This document shows, one piece after another, positions 9,852 to 21,000 of a stretch of DNA of 64,000 nt. The first letter of the stretch is position 1; every line of letters begins with the position of its first letter. Location: contig CAVYML010000003.1 in NCBI GenBank assembly GCA_963769605.1, positions 490,562 through 554,561 of the forward strand, given 5' to 3'. The notes beneath the pieces were generated by a model. It was not told the origin of the DNA. It did not search any database and saw only the letters and a program-made list of their open reading frames with translations. Both the position numbers and the translations under genes were made by a program. The stretch comes from Ignavibacteriota bacterium (lineage in GTDB: Bacteria > Bacteroidota > Ignavibacteria > UBA10030).

Positions 9852-12800
9852 ATGGCACATGCGAAAATTTTAATTGTCGAAGATGAAAGCATCGTGGCGC
9901 GCGACTTGCAGCGCCGGCTCATTCATTTGGGTTATGATGTCGTCGGAGCAGTTCCTACAGGAGACGAAGCAATAAAAAAAGCCTCCATCCTGCTGCCGGA
10001 TGTGGTTCTTATGGATGTTCGGCTCAAAGGCGATATCGACGGTATTGAAGCGGCAACGGAAATACGGTTTCGTTTTGGTATCCCGTCGATTTATCTGAGC
10101 GCCTATGCCGATAACGACACATTGAAGCGCGCCAGCGTCACCGAACCGTTCGGCTATATCTTGAAACCGTTCGAAGAGCGTGAACTGCACACGACAATCG
10201 AAATGGCATTGTACCGGAACGAGCTTGAACATAAAATCAAAGAGAATGAAACATGGTACGGCACGACGCTCCGCAGTCTCGGTGAGGCCGTCATTGCAAC
10301 GAATACAAATGGTGTTATAAAATTTATGAATGCCGCCGCCGAGTCTCTGACGGGATGGAGATTGAACGAAGCGCAGGGACAAGATCTCTTCAAGGTTTTT
10401 CAAACCTTAGAAGAGTCGGCAAAGGGGAAAATTATCAATCCGGTAGAGCAAATACTGAAGAATAAAGTAACGGCTGTTCTGAAGAATCATGCGGTTCTCG
10501 TTTCTCGCGACGGAAAAGAATTTCCGATTGACGAAAGCGCATCGCCGATTAAAGATGAGCGGGGAAGCACGGTCGGTATTGTCCTGGTGTTCCAGGATGT
10601 ATCGGAGCGCAAACGAACTCAGGAAGCGCTTCGATCATCGCAGGAATATGCGCAGAATATAATAGGCAGTTCGCTGGATATGATCGTTGCAGTGGATCTT
10701 GATCGCAATATTATCGAATTCAATAAGGCAGCGGAACTGACTTTCGGATATAAAAAGGAAGAAGTGCTCGGCAAGCATATCGATGTCCTCTATGCCGATC
10801 ATGAAATAAGCAAGTCCGTCAACAAAACGACCGACGTCAATGGACAGGCTATGATGGAGATTTTTAATCGGAGGAAAAACGGCGAAGTGTTTCCTGCTCT
10901 CCTTTCGTCGGCTGTTCTCAAGAATTCCCGCGGTGAAAAAATCGGATTTATGGGGGTCTCACGAGACATTACCGAACTGCGGAGAGCGGAAGTGACGTTA
11001 AAAACGGCGCAGGAATACGCTCAGAATATAGTCAATAGTTCACTCGATATGATCATTGCTGTCGACAAGGATCAACGTATTGTTGAATTCAATCGTGCGG
11101 CAGAAGAAACGTTCGGTTACATGGCAAATGAAATCCTCGGCAAGCCGATCGGCGTCTTGTATCACGATCAAACCGAAGCCGATCATATCCATGCGACGAC
11201 GATCAGCAATGGAAAATGCGTTCAAGAAGTCGTTAATCGCAGGAAAAATGGAGAAGTGTTCCGCAGCCTTCTTTCCGCTTCCGTATTAAAAAACGTGGAC
11301 GGCAAGGCAATCGGTATGATGGGCGTTTCGAGGGACATTACGGAAGTGAAACGGGCACAAGAAGCTCTGCGAGAAAGCGAGGAGCGTTACCGCGCGATTG
11401 TTGATCTTATGCCAGATCCGATCGCGATACATATCGGCGGCAAAATTACCTTTGTCAACTCTGCCGCCATTAAAGCTTTCGCGGCTGAATCTGCCGAGGA
11501 ATTGATCGGCAAGGAACTGGTCGACCTTGTCCACCCGGACTACCGGATCACGGTTGCCGAACTACTGCGGAAAATGCAGGAATATGAGAAAGTGCCGGTT
11601 GTTGAAGAAAAATTCCTGCGGTTAGACGGTACAATTCTTGAAGCCGAAGTTTCTGCAGTTCGGTTCGTCTGGCAAGGATCAACGGCAATCCAGGTTATGA
11701 TACGCGATCTTGCCGAACGAAAAAGGGCGGATCAGGCTATTCGTGCTTCCGAAACGAAATATCGTACGCTGTTCGAAAATGTTCTCGACGGTATATACCA
11801 GACCACTCCGGAAGGGGAAATTCTGACGACTAATCCTGCATTTGCGCAAATGCTTGGGTATGAGTCTGAAGCGGATCTCCTGTTGATTAACGTCGATGAA
11901 ATTTATGCCGACAGAACCGATCGAAAGGTATTTCTCGATACCCTTCAGAAAGAGGGACAGATGCTGAATGCCGAACTTACGATGAAGCGGAAGGACGGGA
12001 AATGCATCACAGTACTGGAAAACGCCCGTGTCGTCCGTAATAAATACGGAGAAGTATTGTTCTATGAAGGAACGATTCGAGATATCACTGCGTTGAAACT
12101 TGCACAGGTGGCATTAAAGAAGAGCGAAGAGCGTTTCCGGACATTTGCCAAATACAGCGTCGAATCGATTTGGGCTGTGGAATGCAATCCGCCTCTCGAT
12201 GTCGATTTACCAATCGAAGATGCCGTCAAGCAATTCGTTGAAACGGCATATGTCTCTGAATGCAACGATCTTCTCGCACGCAGTCATGGTTTCCGGTCTG
12301 CGGATGCAATGATCGGCACATTGCTTAAAAATATTGTAAAACATTCGGAAGTGCTCGGCCTTCCAATGATTAAAGGAATGATCGCATCCAGATATCAGGT
12401 GGAAAATTTGGAAACGCACGAATTAGATAAAGAGGGAAACGATAAATTTTATTTGAATAATATAGCAGGTATTTTCGAACGTGGGAAAGTTGTCCGCGTT
12501 TGGGGTTCACAGTTGGATATTACGGAACAAAAAAGAAACAAGCTGATGAGCAGTGTGGCGTACCGGATATCGCTGATTACGGAAACTTCTAATTCCTTAG
12601 AAGAGTTCTCCGAATCAGTTCACACTCTTCTGCGTGAAGTGATGCCTGCGAAAAATTTCTCGATCGCATTGGCAGATGCCAACGGGAACATAACATATCC
12701 GTATTATTTCGATGAACTTCATACGCAGGAACAAAGGTTGAAAATGAATACCAAGGCGTTGGAATACGTTCTTCGGAAAGGCCGATCACTTTTACTGACG

Positions 12801-13379
12801 CCGCAACTGCTTCTTCGCTATGATCGAGAAGGAAAGAAAGACTTCTCCGGTACGGAATCTCCTATGTGGCTTGGCGTACCGCTCAAGTTGGGTGAAAAAG
12901 TCTTTGGCGCTTTGGTCGTTCATAATTATTCCACAACGCCGAGTTATAATAATGCCCAGCGAATGATTTTGGAATTTATTGCCGGCCAAATCGTGCGATT
13001 TATTCATTACAACCGCTCTCTTGAAGAGTTAAGGGAGAAAGAAGAATGGTATGAAGGGTTTTTTGAAAATAATACTTTACCATCATTCATTGCCGACAGA
13101 GACGGTGCCCTCTTAAAATGCAATATGGCCTTTGAAGAAGCCATTCGTATTGAGGCAAAACAGAATGGAACCCCTTCGGCGGGGAAAACGCTCTTCGAAT
13201 CGGCAAAAGAACGAAAACAGTTTTTGGTGCGATTAGAACAAGAGAAAAAATTAGAAAATTACGAGATGGAACTCGGCGCCGTTATCGGCACATCGAAAAA
13301 AGAAAAAATAAATATCGTCGGGCATTTTAATAATGAAGGAAAGCTCGTAAGTTTCTATGGTGTTTTCTGCAACAAATAA
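9852..13379 (+). CDS. Response-regulator receiver fused to multiple PAS domains and a GAF domain, with no recognisable output domain.
   Basis: 1175 aa. N-terminal CheY-like REC (ILIVEDE...VLMDVRLKGDIDG...KP). PAS cores are repeated about six times (SxEYAQNIxxSSLDMIxAVD... twice). A GAF domain near aa 890-1040. Starts 4 nt after the kinase's stop. Confidence 0.8.
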   Translation: MAHAKILIVEDESIVARDLQRRLIHLGYDVVGAVPTGDEAIKKASILLPDVVLMDVRLKGDIDGIEAATEIRFRFGIPSIYLSAYADNDTLKRASVTEPFGYILKPFEERELHTTIEMALYRNELEHKIKENETWYGTTLRSLGEAVIATNTNGVIKFMNAAAESLTGWRLNEAQGQDLFKVFQTLEESAKGKIINPVEQILKNKVTAVLKNHAVLVSRDGKEFPIDESASPIKDERGSTVGIVLVFQDVSERKRTQEALRSSQEYAQNIIGSSLDMIVAVDLDRNIIEFNKAAELTFGYKKEEVLGKHIDVLYADHEISKSVNKTTDVNGQAMMEIFNRRKNGEVFPALLSSAVLKNSRGEKIGFMGVSRDITELRRAEVTLKTAQEYAQNIVNSSLDMIIAVDKDQRIVEFNRAAEETFGYMANEILGKPIGVLYHDQTEADHIHATTISNGKCVQEVVNRRKNGEVFRSLLSASVLKNVDGKAIGMMGVSRDITEVKRAQEALRESEERYRAIVDLMPDPIAIHIGGKITFVNSAAIKAFAAESAEELIGKELVDLVHPDYRITVAELLRKMQEYEKVPVVEEKFLRLDGTILEAEVSAVRFVWQGSTAIQVMIRDLAERKRADQAIRASETKYRTLFENVLDGIYQTTPEGEILTTNPAFAQMLGYESEADLLLINVDEIYADRTDRKVFLDTLQKEGQMLNAELTMKRKDGKCITVLENARVVRNKYGEVLFYEGTIRDITALKLAQVALKKSEERFRTFAKYSVESIWAVECNPPLDVDLPIEDAVKQFVETAYVSECNDLLARSHGFRSADAMIGTLLKNIVKHSEVLGLPMIKGMIASRYQVENLETHELDKEGNDKFYLNNIAGIFERGKVVRVWGSQLDITEQKRNKLMSSVAYRISLITETSNSLEEFSESVHTLLREVMPAKNFSIALADANGNITYPYYFDELHTQEQRLKMNTKALEYVLRKGRSLLLTPQLLLRYDREGKKDFSGTESPMWLGVPLKLGEKVFGALVVHNYSTTPSYNNAQRMILEFIAGQIVRFIHYNRSLEELREKEEWYEGFFENNTLPSFIADRDGALLKCNMAFEEAIRIEAKQNGTPSAGKTLFESAKERKQFLVRLEQEKKLENYEMELGAVIGTSKKEKINIVGHFNNEGKLVSFYGVFCNK

Positions 13380-13406
13380 TGATACGGTCGTATCTCGAAT
13401 TTTTCC

Positions 13407-14029
13407 ATGAACATCGATGATGTTAGAAAGCAGCGGTTTGATATCGCGACCATGCCCGTCGATCCGTTTAAGCAGTTCAGCATCTGGTTTGAGGATGTCC
13501 GAATTGCAAACATTCCTTATTCGAATGCAATGGCGATAGCCACGGCCAGCAGCCAGGGCCGCCCTTCGGCACGCATGGTTCTCCTAAAAGAATTCGATCA
13601 TAACGGTTTTGTTTTCTATACGAATTATGAAAGCCGAAAAGCTTCGGAATTGGAAGCAAACCCGTACGGATCGATTCTTTTTTTTGGGATGCGCTCGAGC
13701 GGCAGGTGCGCATCGAGGGAATAGTACACAGGACGACTCGCGAAGAATCCCGGCAGTATTTTGCAACACGTCCGCGCGAAAGTCAAATCGGCACATGGGT
13801 TTCCCGTCAAAGTTCCAACCTGCCGGACTGTTGCGACCTAGAAGATTCCGCCGCCGCTTTAGAGAAAAAATTTTCCGGTCAGGAAATCCAGTGTCCGGAT
13901 TTCTGGGGTGGATATCGGCTCGTTCCTGAAAGTTTTGAATTCTGGCAGGAAAGACCTTATCGTCTTCATGACAGAGTCTTGTATAAAAAAAATGGGGGAA
14001 AATGGATTGTGAGCCGGCTGTTTCCATGA
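13407..14029 (+). pseudogene. pdxH: pdxH (pyridoxamine 5'-phosphate oxidase) broken by a single-base frameshift in a T8 homopolymer.
   Basis: ORF 13407..13724 carries the PdxH N-terminal half (SILFFG...). ORF 13706..14029 continues in the +1 frame with the PdxH core RIEGIVHR...SQIGTWVSRQS...FWGGYRLVP..FEFWQERPYRLHDR. The two join at gatcgattcTTTTTTTTggg near 13683-13690. Removing one T gives LFFWDALERQVRIEG. Confidence 0.75.
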
Positions 14030-14042
14030 GGTCGTTGCAAAT

Positions 14043-17000
14043 ATGAATTCTTCCGGAAAATATTTACGCGTCATTTCGCACGACGGCGGGGTTCGATCGT
14101 CCGGCGACTCCTTCGCACTGCCGATTCACGATTTTAAGGATATTACTGCGATGGCGGCACATGCGTGCGGTGTTTCGAGTGCTGTGCTTATGTTGAAAAC
14201 GGACGAACGATTATTCGTTGAGGCACGCTACCATGCCGATGCTTGTGATATCGATTCCGGCGACCCGCTCTTGTTGCAGACAATTCAGAACGAACATGTC
14301 TTCGCCGTCGAAGAAGTAACCGCGGTCAGTAGTCCTCACTCTACACCGTTTACTTTCGGCAGCAAACCTTTTCGATGTTATGCGGGCTCTTGCCTTCTTG
14401 ATTCTCAAAGGCGCATTCTCGGAATCCTTGCCGTCTTTGATATCGTACCGCATGCCTTTTCGGATGAACATAAACAAGTCTTGCTATGCTTTAGCCGTCT
14501 GGCTGCTGCCCAAACGGAATTGCACCGCACTATATCTCAGGCGCAGGGGATGCAGGAAGCACTCCTTTTGTATCGGGGGAAATTTCAAGCTTACGCCGAT
14601 TCTGCAGACAGCATTCTCTACGAAACGTCCGCAGAAGGGAAGATTACGGTTTGTAATTCTGCATGCATTCAATTGTTCGGTTATGAAGAGACTGAAATTT
14701 TAGATCATCCATATCTTGATTTTGTCCATCCTGATTTTCGTCAGACGGTGCAGCGCTTTTATAATGTCCAGTTTCTCCGCCAAACTCCGGCAACTTATTA
14801 TGAATTGCCCCTCATTGCCAAAGAGGGCAGCGTCCAATGGCTCGGGCAGAATGCCCGTTTAATCGAAGAGGATGGCAGGGTGAAGGGGTTTTCGATTACT
14901 GCACGCGATATCACGGAAAGAAAGAATTTCGAAACTGCCTTGCGGGAAGGGCAGCAGCGATATCAAACGATCGTTGAGAACGCTGCCGAAGGGATTTATA
15001 TGATCGATCCCGCGACCAAGCGAATTCTGGATGCCAATACGGCATTTGCCGGGATGCTCGATTACAGCTTGAATGAACTGCGCGGTTTGTCGATTTACGA
15101 TCTCGTACTCGATTCTCGGGAAAATATCGATCATCATTTGGAAGATTTTCGCCGGCTGCGCATGCCCATACGCAGTGAGCCGCAATATCGTACGCGCGGG
15201 GGCAGAGCTGTTGATGTTGAAGCGGCTGTCAGCGTTGTGTTCCTCGACGGCAAAGAAACATTGGTGACCATTGTCCATGATGTTACAGCCCGGAAAAAAA
15301 TTGAGGCAGAACTGCTTGCGAGCGAACAACGATTCCGCGATTTGTTTCGGAAGATTCCTTTGCCCGCATGGGTTTGCGATCTGGTGACTCTTAAGTTCGT
15401 AGAAGTGAACGACCAGGCGTTAAAACATTATGGCTATACGCGGGAAGAATTCCTGAATATGCGCATTACGGATATCCGGCCTCACGATGCAATGTCGCAC
15501 ATGAGAGTTGCTCTTGAATTGATTCAGGCGCGCCAATCGACGGAGATGGAGTCCCAGCATCGATGCAAAGATGGGCGCATTATTGAGGTAGAGACCTCCT
15601 GGCATGAATTTCATTTTAACGGCCGGAAAGCCCTGTTAGTCGTCGCCCGCGATATTACGGATATTAAGATATCGCAACAGGAAGCCCAACAGGCTAAAGA
15701 ATCGGCCGAAAAAGCGAATACTGCAAAGAGTGAATTCCTTTCCAATATGAGCCACGAAATCCGGACGCCTATGAACGGGATTTTAGGAACGATTCAACTG
15801 CTTTCCCAGTCGAATTTAACGGCTGAACAACGGGCGTATCTGGATACGATCAAAGTGAGCGGTGACGCACTCCTAAAAATCATCAACGCCATTCTTGATC
15901 TTTCAAGACTCGAATCCGGCGCCGTGGAAGCTGAAGAATCGAGTCTGATTTTTGATCCTTTCATCGAAGAGACGTACGAAATCGTCGCTCTGCAGGCTGA
16001 AGAGAAGAACCTTGAGCTTCATTATTGGATCGACGACGATGTACCGTCGGTGGTCCTGACCGATGCCACCCGACTTCGGCAAATACTTTTAAATTTAGTA
16101 AGCAATGCGGTCAAGTTCACAGAGCAAGGGGGAGTCCTCGTTACGGTAACCCGGGGCACGGAGAAGTCCGGTAAAATGGAACTGCTTTTTTCGATAAAGG
16201 ACTCTGGTATCGGGATTGCATCAGATCAAGTCGATCTGCTTTTCAAACCGTTTTCTCAGGTAGATTCGTCTCCATCCAGAAAATACGGCGGTGTTGGATT
16301 GGGGCTTGCATTGTGTACACGAAGCGTTGAACTGCTTGGCGGAAAAATCTGGCTTGAAAGTAAAAAGGGAACCGGTTCCACCTTCCGGTTCAGCATACGA
16401 ACAGGAAATGTGCTCGATACACCCGGTGCACCGTCGAAAGCGGATGAATTTCTCGGGCGGCGTATATTATTTGCCTCGAACAATCAATTTCAGATCCAGG
16501 TCATAAAGAGACTCATGGCATCGTGGGGATGCAAGGTCGACTGTGCCGAGACTGTTCATGATGTAATGGAATATGCAGCAAGAGAACCTATGTACGACTG
16601 TATTGTTCTCAATAATGTCCTGGAGGGCATTTCCGGAGAAGCCATTTTGAGAGATATCCAGAAAAACGAAAGACTCGCACATGCCAAAGCTATTCTTCTT
16701 GCTCCACATGGCAAGCATAATAACGATATCAGTGCAGAAGATACTATCGTATTGACCAAGCCGCTTCGTCATGCGGAGTTTTTCAATGCTCTGAAAAAAC
16801 ATTTTTCCAGTCCAGCAGAAAAGAGAGTTCAAATGGTTCAAACTCAAGAATCGCAGCAGTTCCAGACGGCTGTAACGGATCGCAGGCTGCTTGTCGCAGA
16901 AGACAATATCATCAATCAGAAACTGATTTCGCGTATTTTAAAATCGCTCGGTTATGCATCGGAAATCGCCAATAACGGCAAAGACGCGCTTTCCAAAGTA

Positions 17001-17261
17001 CAGACCGAACGCTATGATATCGTTTTTATGGATGTCCAGATGCCGGAGATGGACGGCTACGAAGCATCCCGGCAAATCGTGCATACGATACCGAAAGATC
17101 GAAGGCCTGTCATTATTGCGATGACCGCGCACGCGCTTCAGGGAGACCGCGAACGATGTCTGGAGGCCGGGATGGATGATTATCTGAGCAAACCGATTCT
17201 TATTAACGATGTGCGGCGCTGCCTTGAGAAATGGATCGAAATCTTGAATGGAGAAAAGTGA
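14043..17261 (+). CDS. Hybrid sensor kinase: GAF, three PAS, HisKA, HATPase, a degenerate receiver and a canonical receiver.
   Basis: 1072 aa. H-box [17 protein letters not shown]-boxes, a pseudo-receiver reading CIVLNNVLEG (Asp to Asn), then the canonical REC DIVFMDVQMPEMDG. Confidence 0.85.
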   Translation: MNSSGKYLRVISHDGGVRSSGDSFALPIHDFKDITAMAAHACGVSSAVLMLKTDERLFVEARYHADACDIDSGDPLLLQTIQNEHVFAVEEVTAVSSPHSTPFTFGSKPFRCYAGSCLLDSQRRILGILAVFDIVPHAFSDEHKQVLLCFSRLAAAQTELHRTISQAQGMQEALLLYRGKFQAYADSADSILYETSAEGKITVCNSACIQLFGYEETEILDHPYLDFVHPDFRQTVQRFYNVQFLRQTPATYYELPLIAKEGSVQWLGQNARLIEEDGRVKGFSITARDITERKNFETALREGQQRYQTIVENAAEGIYMIDPATKRILDANTAFAGMLDYSLNELRGLSIYDLVLDSRENIDHHLEDFRRLRMPIRSEPQYRTRGGRAVDVEAAVSVVFLDGKETLVTIVHDVTARKKIEAELLASEQRFRDLFRKIPLPAWVCDLVTLKFVEVNDQALKHYGYTREEFLNMRITDIRPHDAMSHMRVALELIQARQSTEMESQHRCKDGRIIEVETSWHEFHFNGRKALLVVARDITDIKISQQEAQQAKESAEKANTAKSEFLSNMSHEIRTPMNGILGTIQLLSQSNLTAEQRAYLDTIKVSGDALLKIINAILDLSRLESGAVEAEESSLIFDPFIEETYEIVALQAEEKNLELHYWIDDDVPSVVLTDATRLRQILLNLVSNAVKFTEQGGVLVTVTRGTEKSGKMELLFSIKDSGIGIASDQVDLLFKPFSQVDSSPSRKYGGVGLGLALCTRSVELLGGKIWLESKKGTGSTFRFSIRTGNVLDTPGAPSKADEFLGRRILFASNNQFQIQVIKRLMASWGCKVDCAETVHDVMEYAAREPMYDCIVLNNVLEGISGEAILRDIQKNERLAHAKAILLAPHGKHNNDISAEDTIVLTKPLRHAEFFNALKKHFSSPAEKRVQMVQTQESQQFQTAVTDRRLLVAEDNIINQKLISRILKSLGYASEIANNGKDALSKVQTERYDIVFMDVQMPEMDGYEASRQIVHTIPKDRRPVIIAMTAHALQGDRERCLEAGMDDYLSKPILINDVRRCLEKWIEILNGEK

Positions 17262-17281
17262 AAAGTACGGAGGCGTAAAAT

Positions 17282-17638
17282 ATGACTACGAAAGAAAGTC
17301 TTTATCTGCGTTTGGATGAACTTGCAAGCGAACTTGACCATGATTTTACGGTAGAAATTTCCGAAATGTACGTTAAAGATGCTCCATTACAAATAAAGGC
17401 AATTGCGGAGGCAATGAGGGGAAAAAATTCCGATGCTTTAATTCAGTCTGCTCACAAATTAAAAGGAAGCAGTCTCAATATCGGAGCTGTCAGCATAGGA
17501 TCGATGTGCCTCCGGCTCGAACAGTTGGGAAAATCCGGAATGCCTTTTGAAGAAGCCGGCGATATTCAGGATCTCAAAACAGAATTTGATATTGTCAAGA
17601 CTCTGTTAGAAGCATATATAAAAAAAGAAGGATCATAA
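17282..17638 (+). CDS. Stand-alone HPt histidine phosphotransfer protein.
   Basis: 118 aa with the HKLKGSSLNIGA HPt motif. Immediately downstream of the hybrid kinase. Confidence 0.7.
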   Translation: MTTKESLYLRLDELASELDHDFTVEISEMYVKDAPLQIKAIAEAMRGKNSDALIQSAHKLKGSSLNIGAVSIGSMCLRLEQLGKSGMPFEEAGDIQDLKTEFDIVKTLLEAYIKKEGS

Positions 17639-18002
17639 AACCGCTGCTATCTGCTTTTTGGAGCGGCCTTTCTTCGATTTATTTCAAGCTCATTCCAATC
17701 CGGTCACAAGAGCGGAACACGGAATTACATTATCAGGAAATCCTTTAACCGATCTCCGAGTGAATTGCTGCCGATTCTTAATTTGCGGTAATTGGCTGTT
17801 GTTATTACTCATTCTTCTTTTTCAAACCCTCTTTTTCTTGCTAATCAGGTTTATTTTTTCTACTTTATACACATTGTGAACCCACTTATATACATAGCAT
17901 CTCATCGCAACCCTTCCTGCCATGGAGTCATCTATCGGTCCTGTTGATACCAATCGGTAATTGAGTTTTCGTTTTTTTTATTGCAACAGGTGAAAAGTTT
18001 CT

Positions 18003-21000
18003 GTGAAGCTAAGAAGCACAGAATATATATATTTTTCGGCGAAAAGAACCGCATTATTTTGTGCCGTTGTGTTTTTGCTGACGGTGCTTTATGCTCGCAA
18101 ATTGCCGGCGGATGGTTTTCCTCTCATCGGAGAGAACCAGCCGTTCATGAACGATACAACTTCTGTGGAATCGCCTTTCTCCAACGCGTATTCCGCAAGA
18201 CATGCACGCGCAGCACAGGATCGCGCCGCCTATTTCAATGCTTTGCGTTCTTCGCAAAATGCATCTTTTGCCCGCTATGACAGTTTACTGCTGGTACATC
18301 GGGACTCCTCTGCAAGAGTTGCGCAATTCAAATATGTTCGAAAAGATAATCCGGTTGTCGACGGTTCCTATCACAAAAATCTCCCATTGTTCCTTAACGA
18401 ACCGCTGGCCGTTTATTATAAGGATGAATTAGACTCAACGCGATGGGTCTATCGAATCCGCCGCATCGTTGACGATATCGATACGCGTATTCCGCTTGAT
18501 ATTCCTCTGGAAGAATACACCGATCTGCGGATGAAGAAAGCAATCCGGAAGAACTGGGAATCGATCTTACAGGCTTCACAATCCGCACAGCAAAAACAAG
18601 ATGCTCTGGCAAACTTGTTCAGTTCCGTGACAAACATTGAAATTCCCATTCCACAAAACCCCCTTTTTAGTATCTTTGGAAAAAATTATGTGCGATTCCA
18701 AATTACCGGAGGAATCGATATCCATGCGGCATTTCAAAATGTCAAAAGCGATCTCTATACGACGACTGTCAATCAATCAACGAGTACTCCCGAGTTCTCT
18801 CAACAACTGCAGTTCACTTTAAACGGTGAAGTAGGCGATAAGCTGAAAGTGAGCGCGGACTGGAATACGCAGCGTACCTTCGATTACGAAAACCAGATGC
18901 ACATAAATTATAGAGGCTATGATGACGATATTATTCAAAGCGTCGAAGCCGGCAACGTTTCACTGCAAACAAATTCATCTTTTATATCGAGCAGTCAAGC
19001 CTTGTTCGGCATTAAAATGGGGATGCAGTTCGGACCTTTGAAATTGACTGCTATTGCCAGCCAGAAGAAAGGACAGATCAAATCACTCTCGGTCAACAGC
19101 GGCTCCTCTTCCACGACGTTCAATATACGCCCCAGCCAGTATTCTCAAAATTACTATTTTATTGATACGAGTTATATCGGCCTCTATGGCGATTGGTATC
19201 TCGGGAAAAACCACGTCACGAACCATCCGGAAAAAACGGTGCAATATATTGAAGTATGGGTTTCGCGTATAGGGGCGGTCTCTACAAAAGAAAAAAAAGT
19301 CATCGCGTTTATGAGCCAGGACTCTGTCCTGCAATATCAGAAGAATCGTCCTCCAGCCTCGATGAATTACAGCGGGACCGGGAATGGGGAAATGGAAGCC
19401 GGAGCTTTTGTGCCGCTGATCAATGGAACGGATTATACGATCAATCAGTATATCGGAGTCATATCTCTGAAAACAGCTTTACAAACGAATCAGGCAATAG
19501 CGGTAGCGTATACCGCCGGGCCGCTGGGCGGGCCAACCACAACGATAGGTAATTCCGGTTCTCAGACGACCGGCGATTCAAGCTGGCTCGTTATGAAGCT
19601 TGTCCGGCCGCTAAATCTGGCTTCTAATCCATTCTTGAAAACCGGATGGAAGATGATGCTCAAAAGCCATTATGCAATCGGCGGCGGCGGTATCAGCGCG
19701 AACAATTTTTCCATGAAGATTCAATATCAACCATCGGGAGAGACCGCTGTCGATAATGTTCTTTCGCAAAATATCGGTGTTATGACCATGCTCGGCATGG
19801 ATCGTTATAACGGTCCAAATAATGACAACGGGCCCGATAAAATTTTCGACTACATCCCCGACTTTACCGTCGACTCAGTCCGCGGGGAAATTATCTTCCC
19901 GACCGTTCAGCCTTTTGATAGCGCCTCAATAGCATATTTTTTAGCTTCAACAAATCCCACATTGCCCTCAACGCAACAACTCACGTCCGCGCAAATAACA
20001 GCAGCCGCAGATTCTTTAAATTTCAATAATCTCTACGACACGACGGCTTCGGCAGCCGATGTAGATCCGCGGAGCCGCTATATTATTACCGGAACGGCTA
20101 CATCAAGCGTTCAATCGCAATACAGCGTCGGAACGAATATCGTCGAGGGAAGCGTCGTTGTGACGGTCGACGGCCAGCCGGCGGTCTTAAATACGGACTA
20201 TACCGTAGATTATGTCTCCGGGACAATTACAATTAGAAATCCGTCTTTTCTTACAGCGGGACGGAATGTTCAGATAAAATATGAAGCAAACGACCTCTTC
20301 CAGCTTGCATCGAAAACACTTCTTGGTGTACGCGGAGAAATTGCCATCAACCGCAGCACGGCGCTTGGCTTTACCGTTATGAACTTGAACGAACAGTCGC
20401 TGACCGATAAGGTGCGTCTGGGGGATGAACCGACCAATAATACGATTTATGGCTTGGATGCAAGCACGAGCTTTGATGCGCCTTTTTTAACAAAGATATT
20501 GAACTGGCTTCCGGGTATCCATACCATCGAAAAATCAAGAGTCTCACTGAAGGGAGAATACGCATACATGTCTCCCGACCCGAATACCCGGACAAGTCCT
20601 GTCCCTGAAGACGGCGGAAAGAGCGTGGCCTATATAGACGATTTTGAAGGATCTCTTCAAACAATGCCGATCAGTGTCGCGTATACTTCGTGGAAGGAAG
20701 CCAGCCCGCCATATTATATTTCAACGATAGATACAGCTTATGCTATAGACGGAATTACAAAAACCGTCTCTACAGACCCGGTGAATACGATTATGGCAGA
20801 TACGGATAAGATGGAATATAAAGCTCATACGACATGGTTCACCATAGCCTCAAGCGATGTTCAGATCACAGATATTTGGGGATCAAGAAGGCAGGCCGTA
20901 TCCGGACAAAGCCAGGTCACGGTTTTAAATATGTATTTCGATCCCGCCCAGAGAGGAACATATAATTATTCTCAAAATTTGTTTACCAAATTATTTCTGA

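Noticed and set aside
17640-18002. Possible terminator or promoter between the HPt gene and sprA.
   Set aside because: Only a weak hairpin with a loop of about 16 nt (ccgct...agcgg) and no convincing -24/-12 or -35/-10 match. Not reported as a feature.
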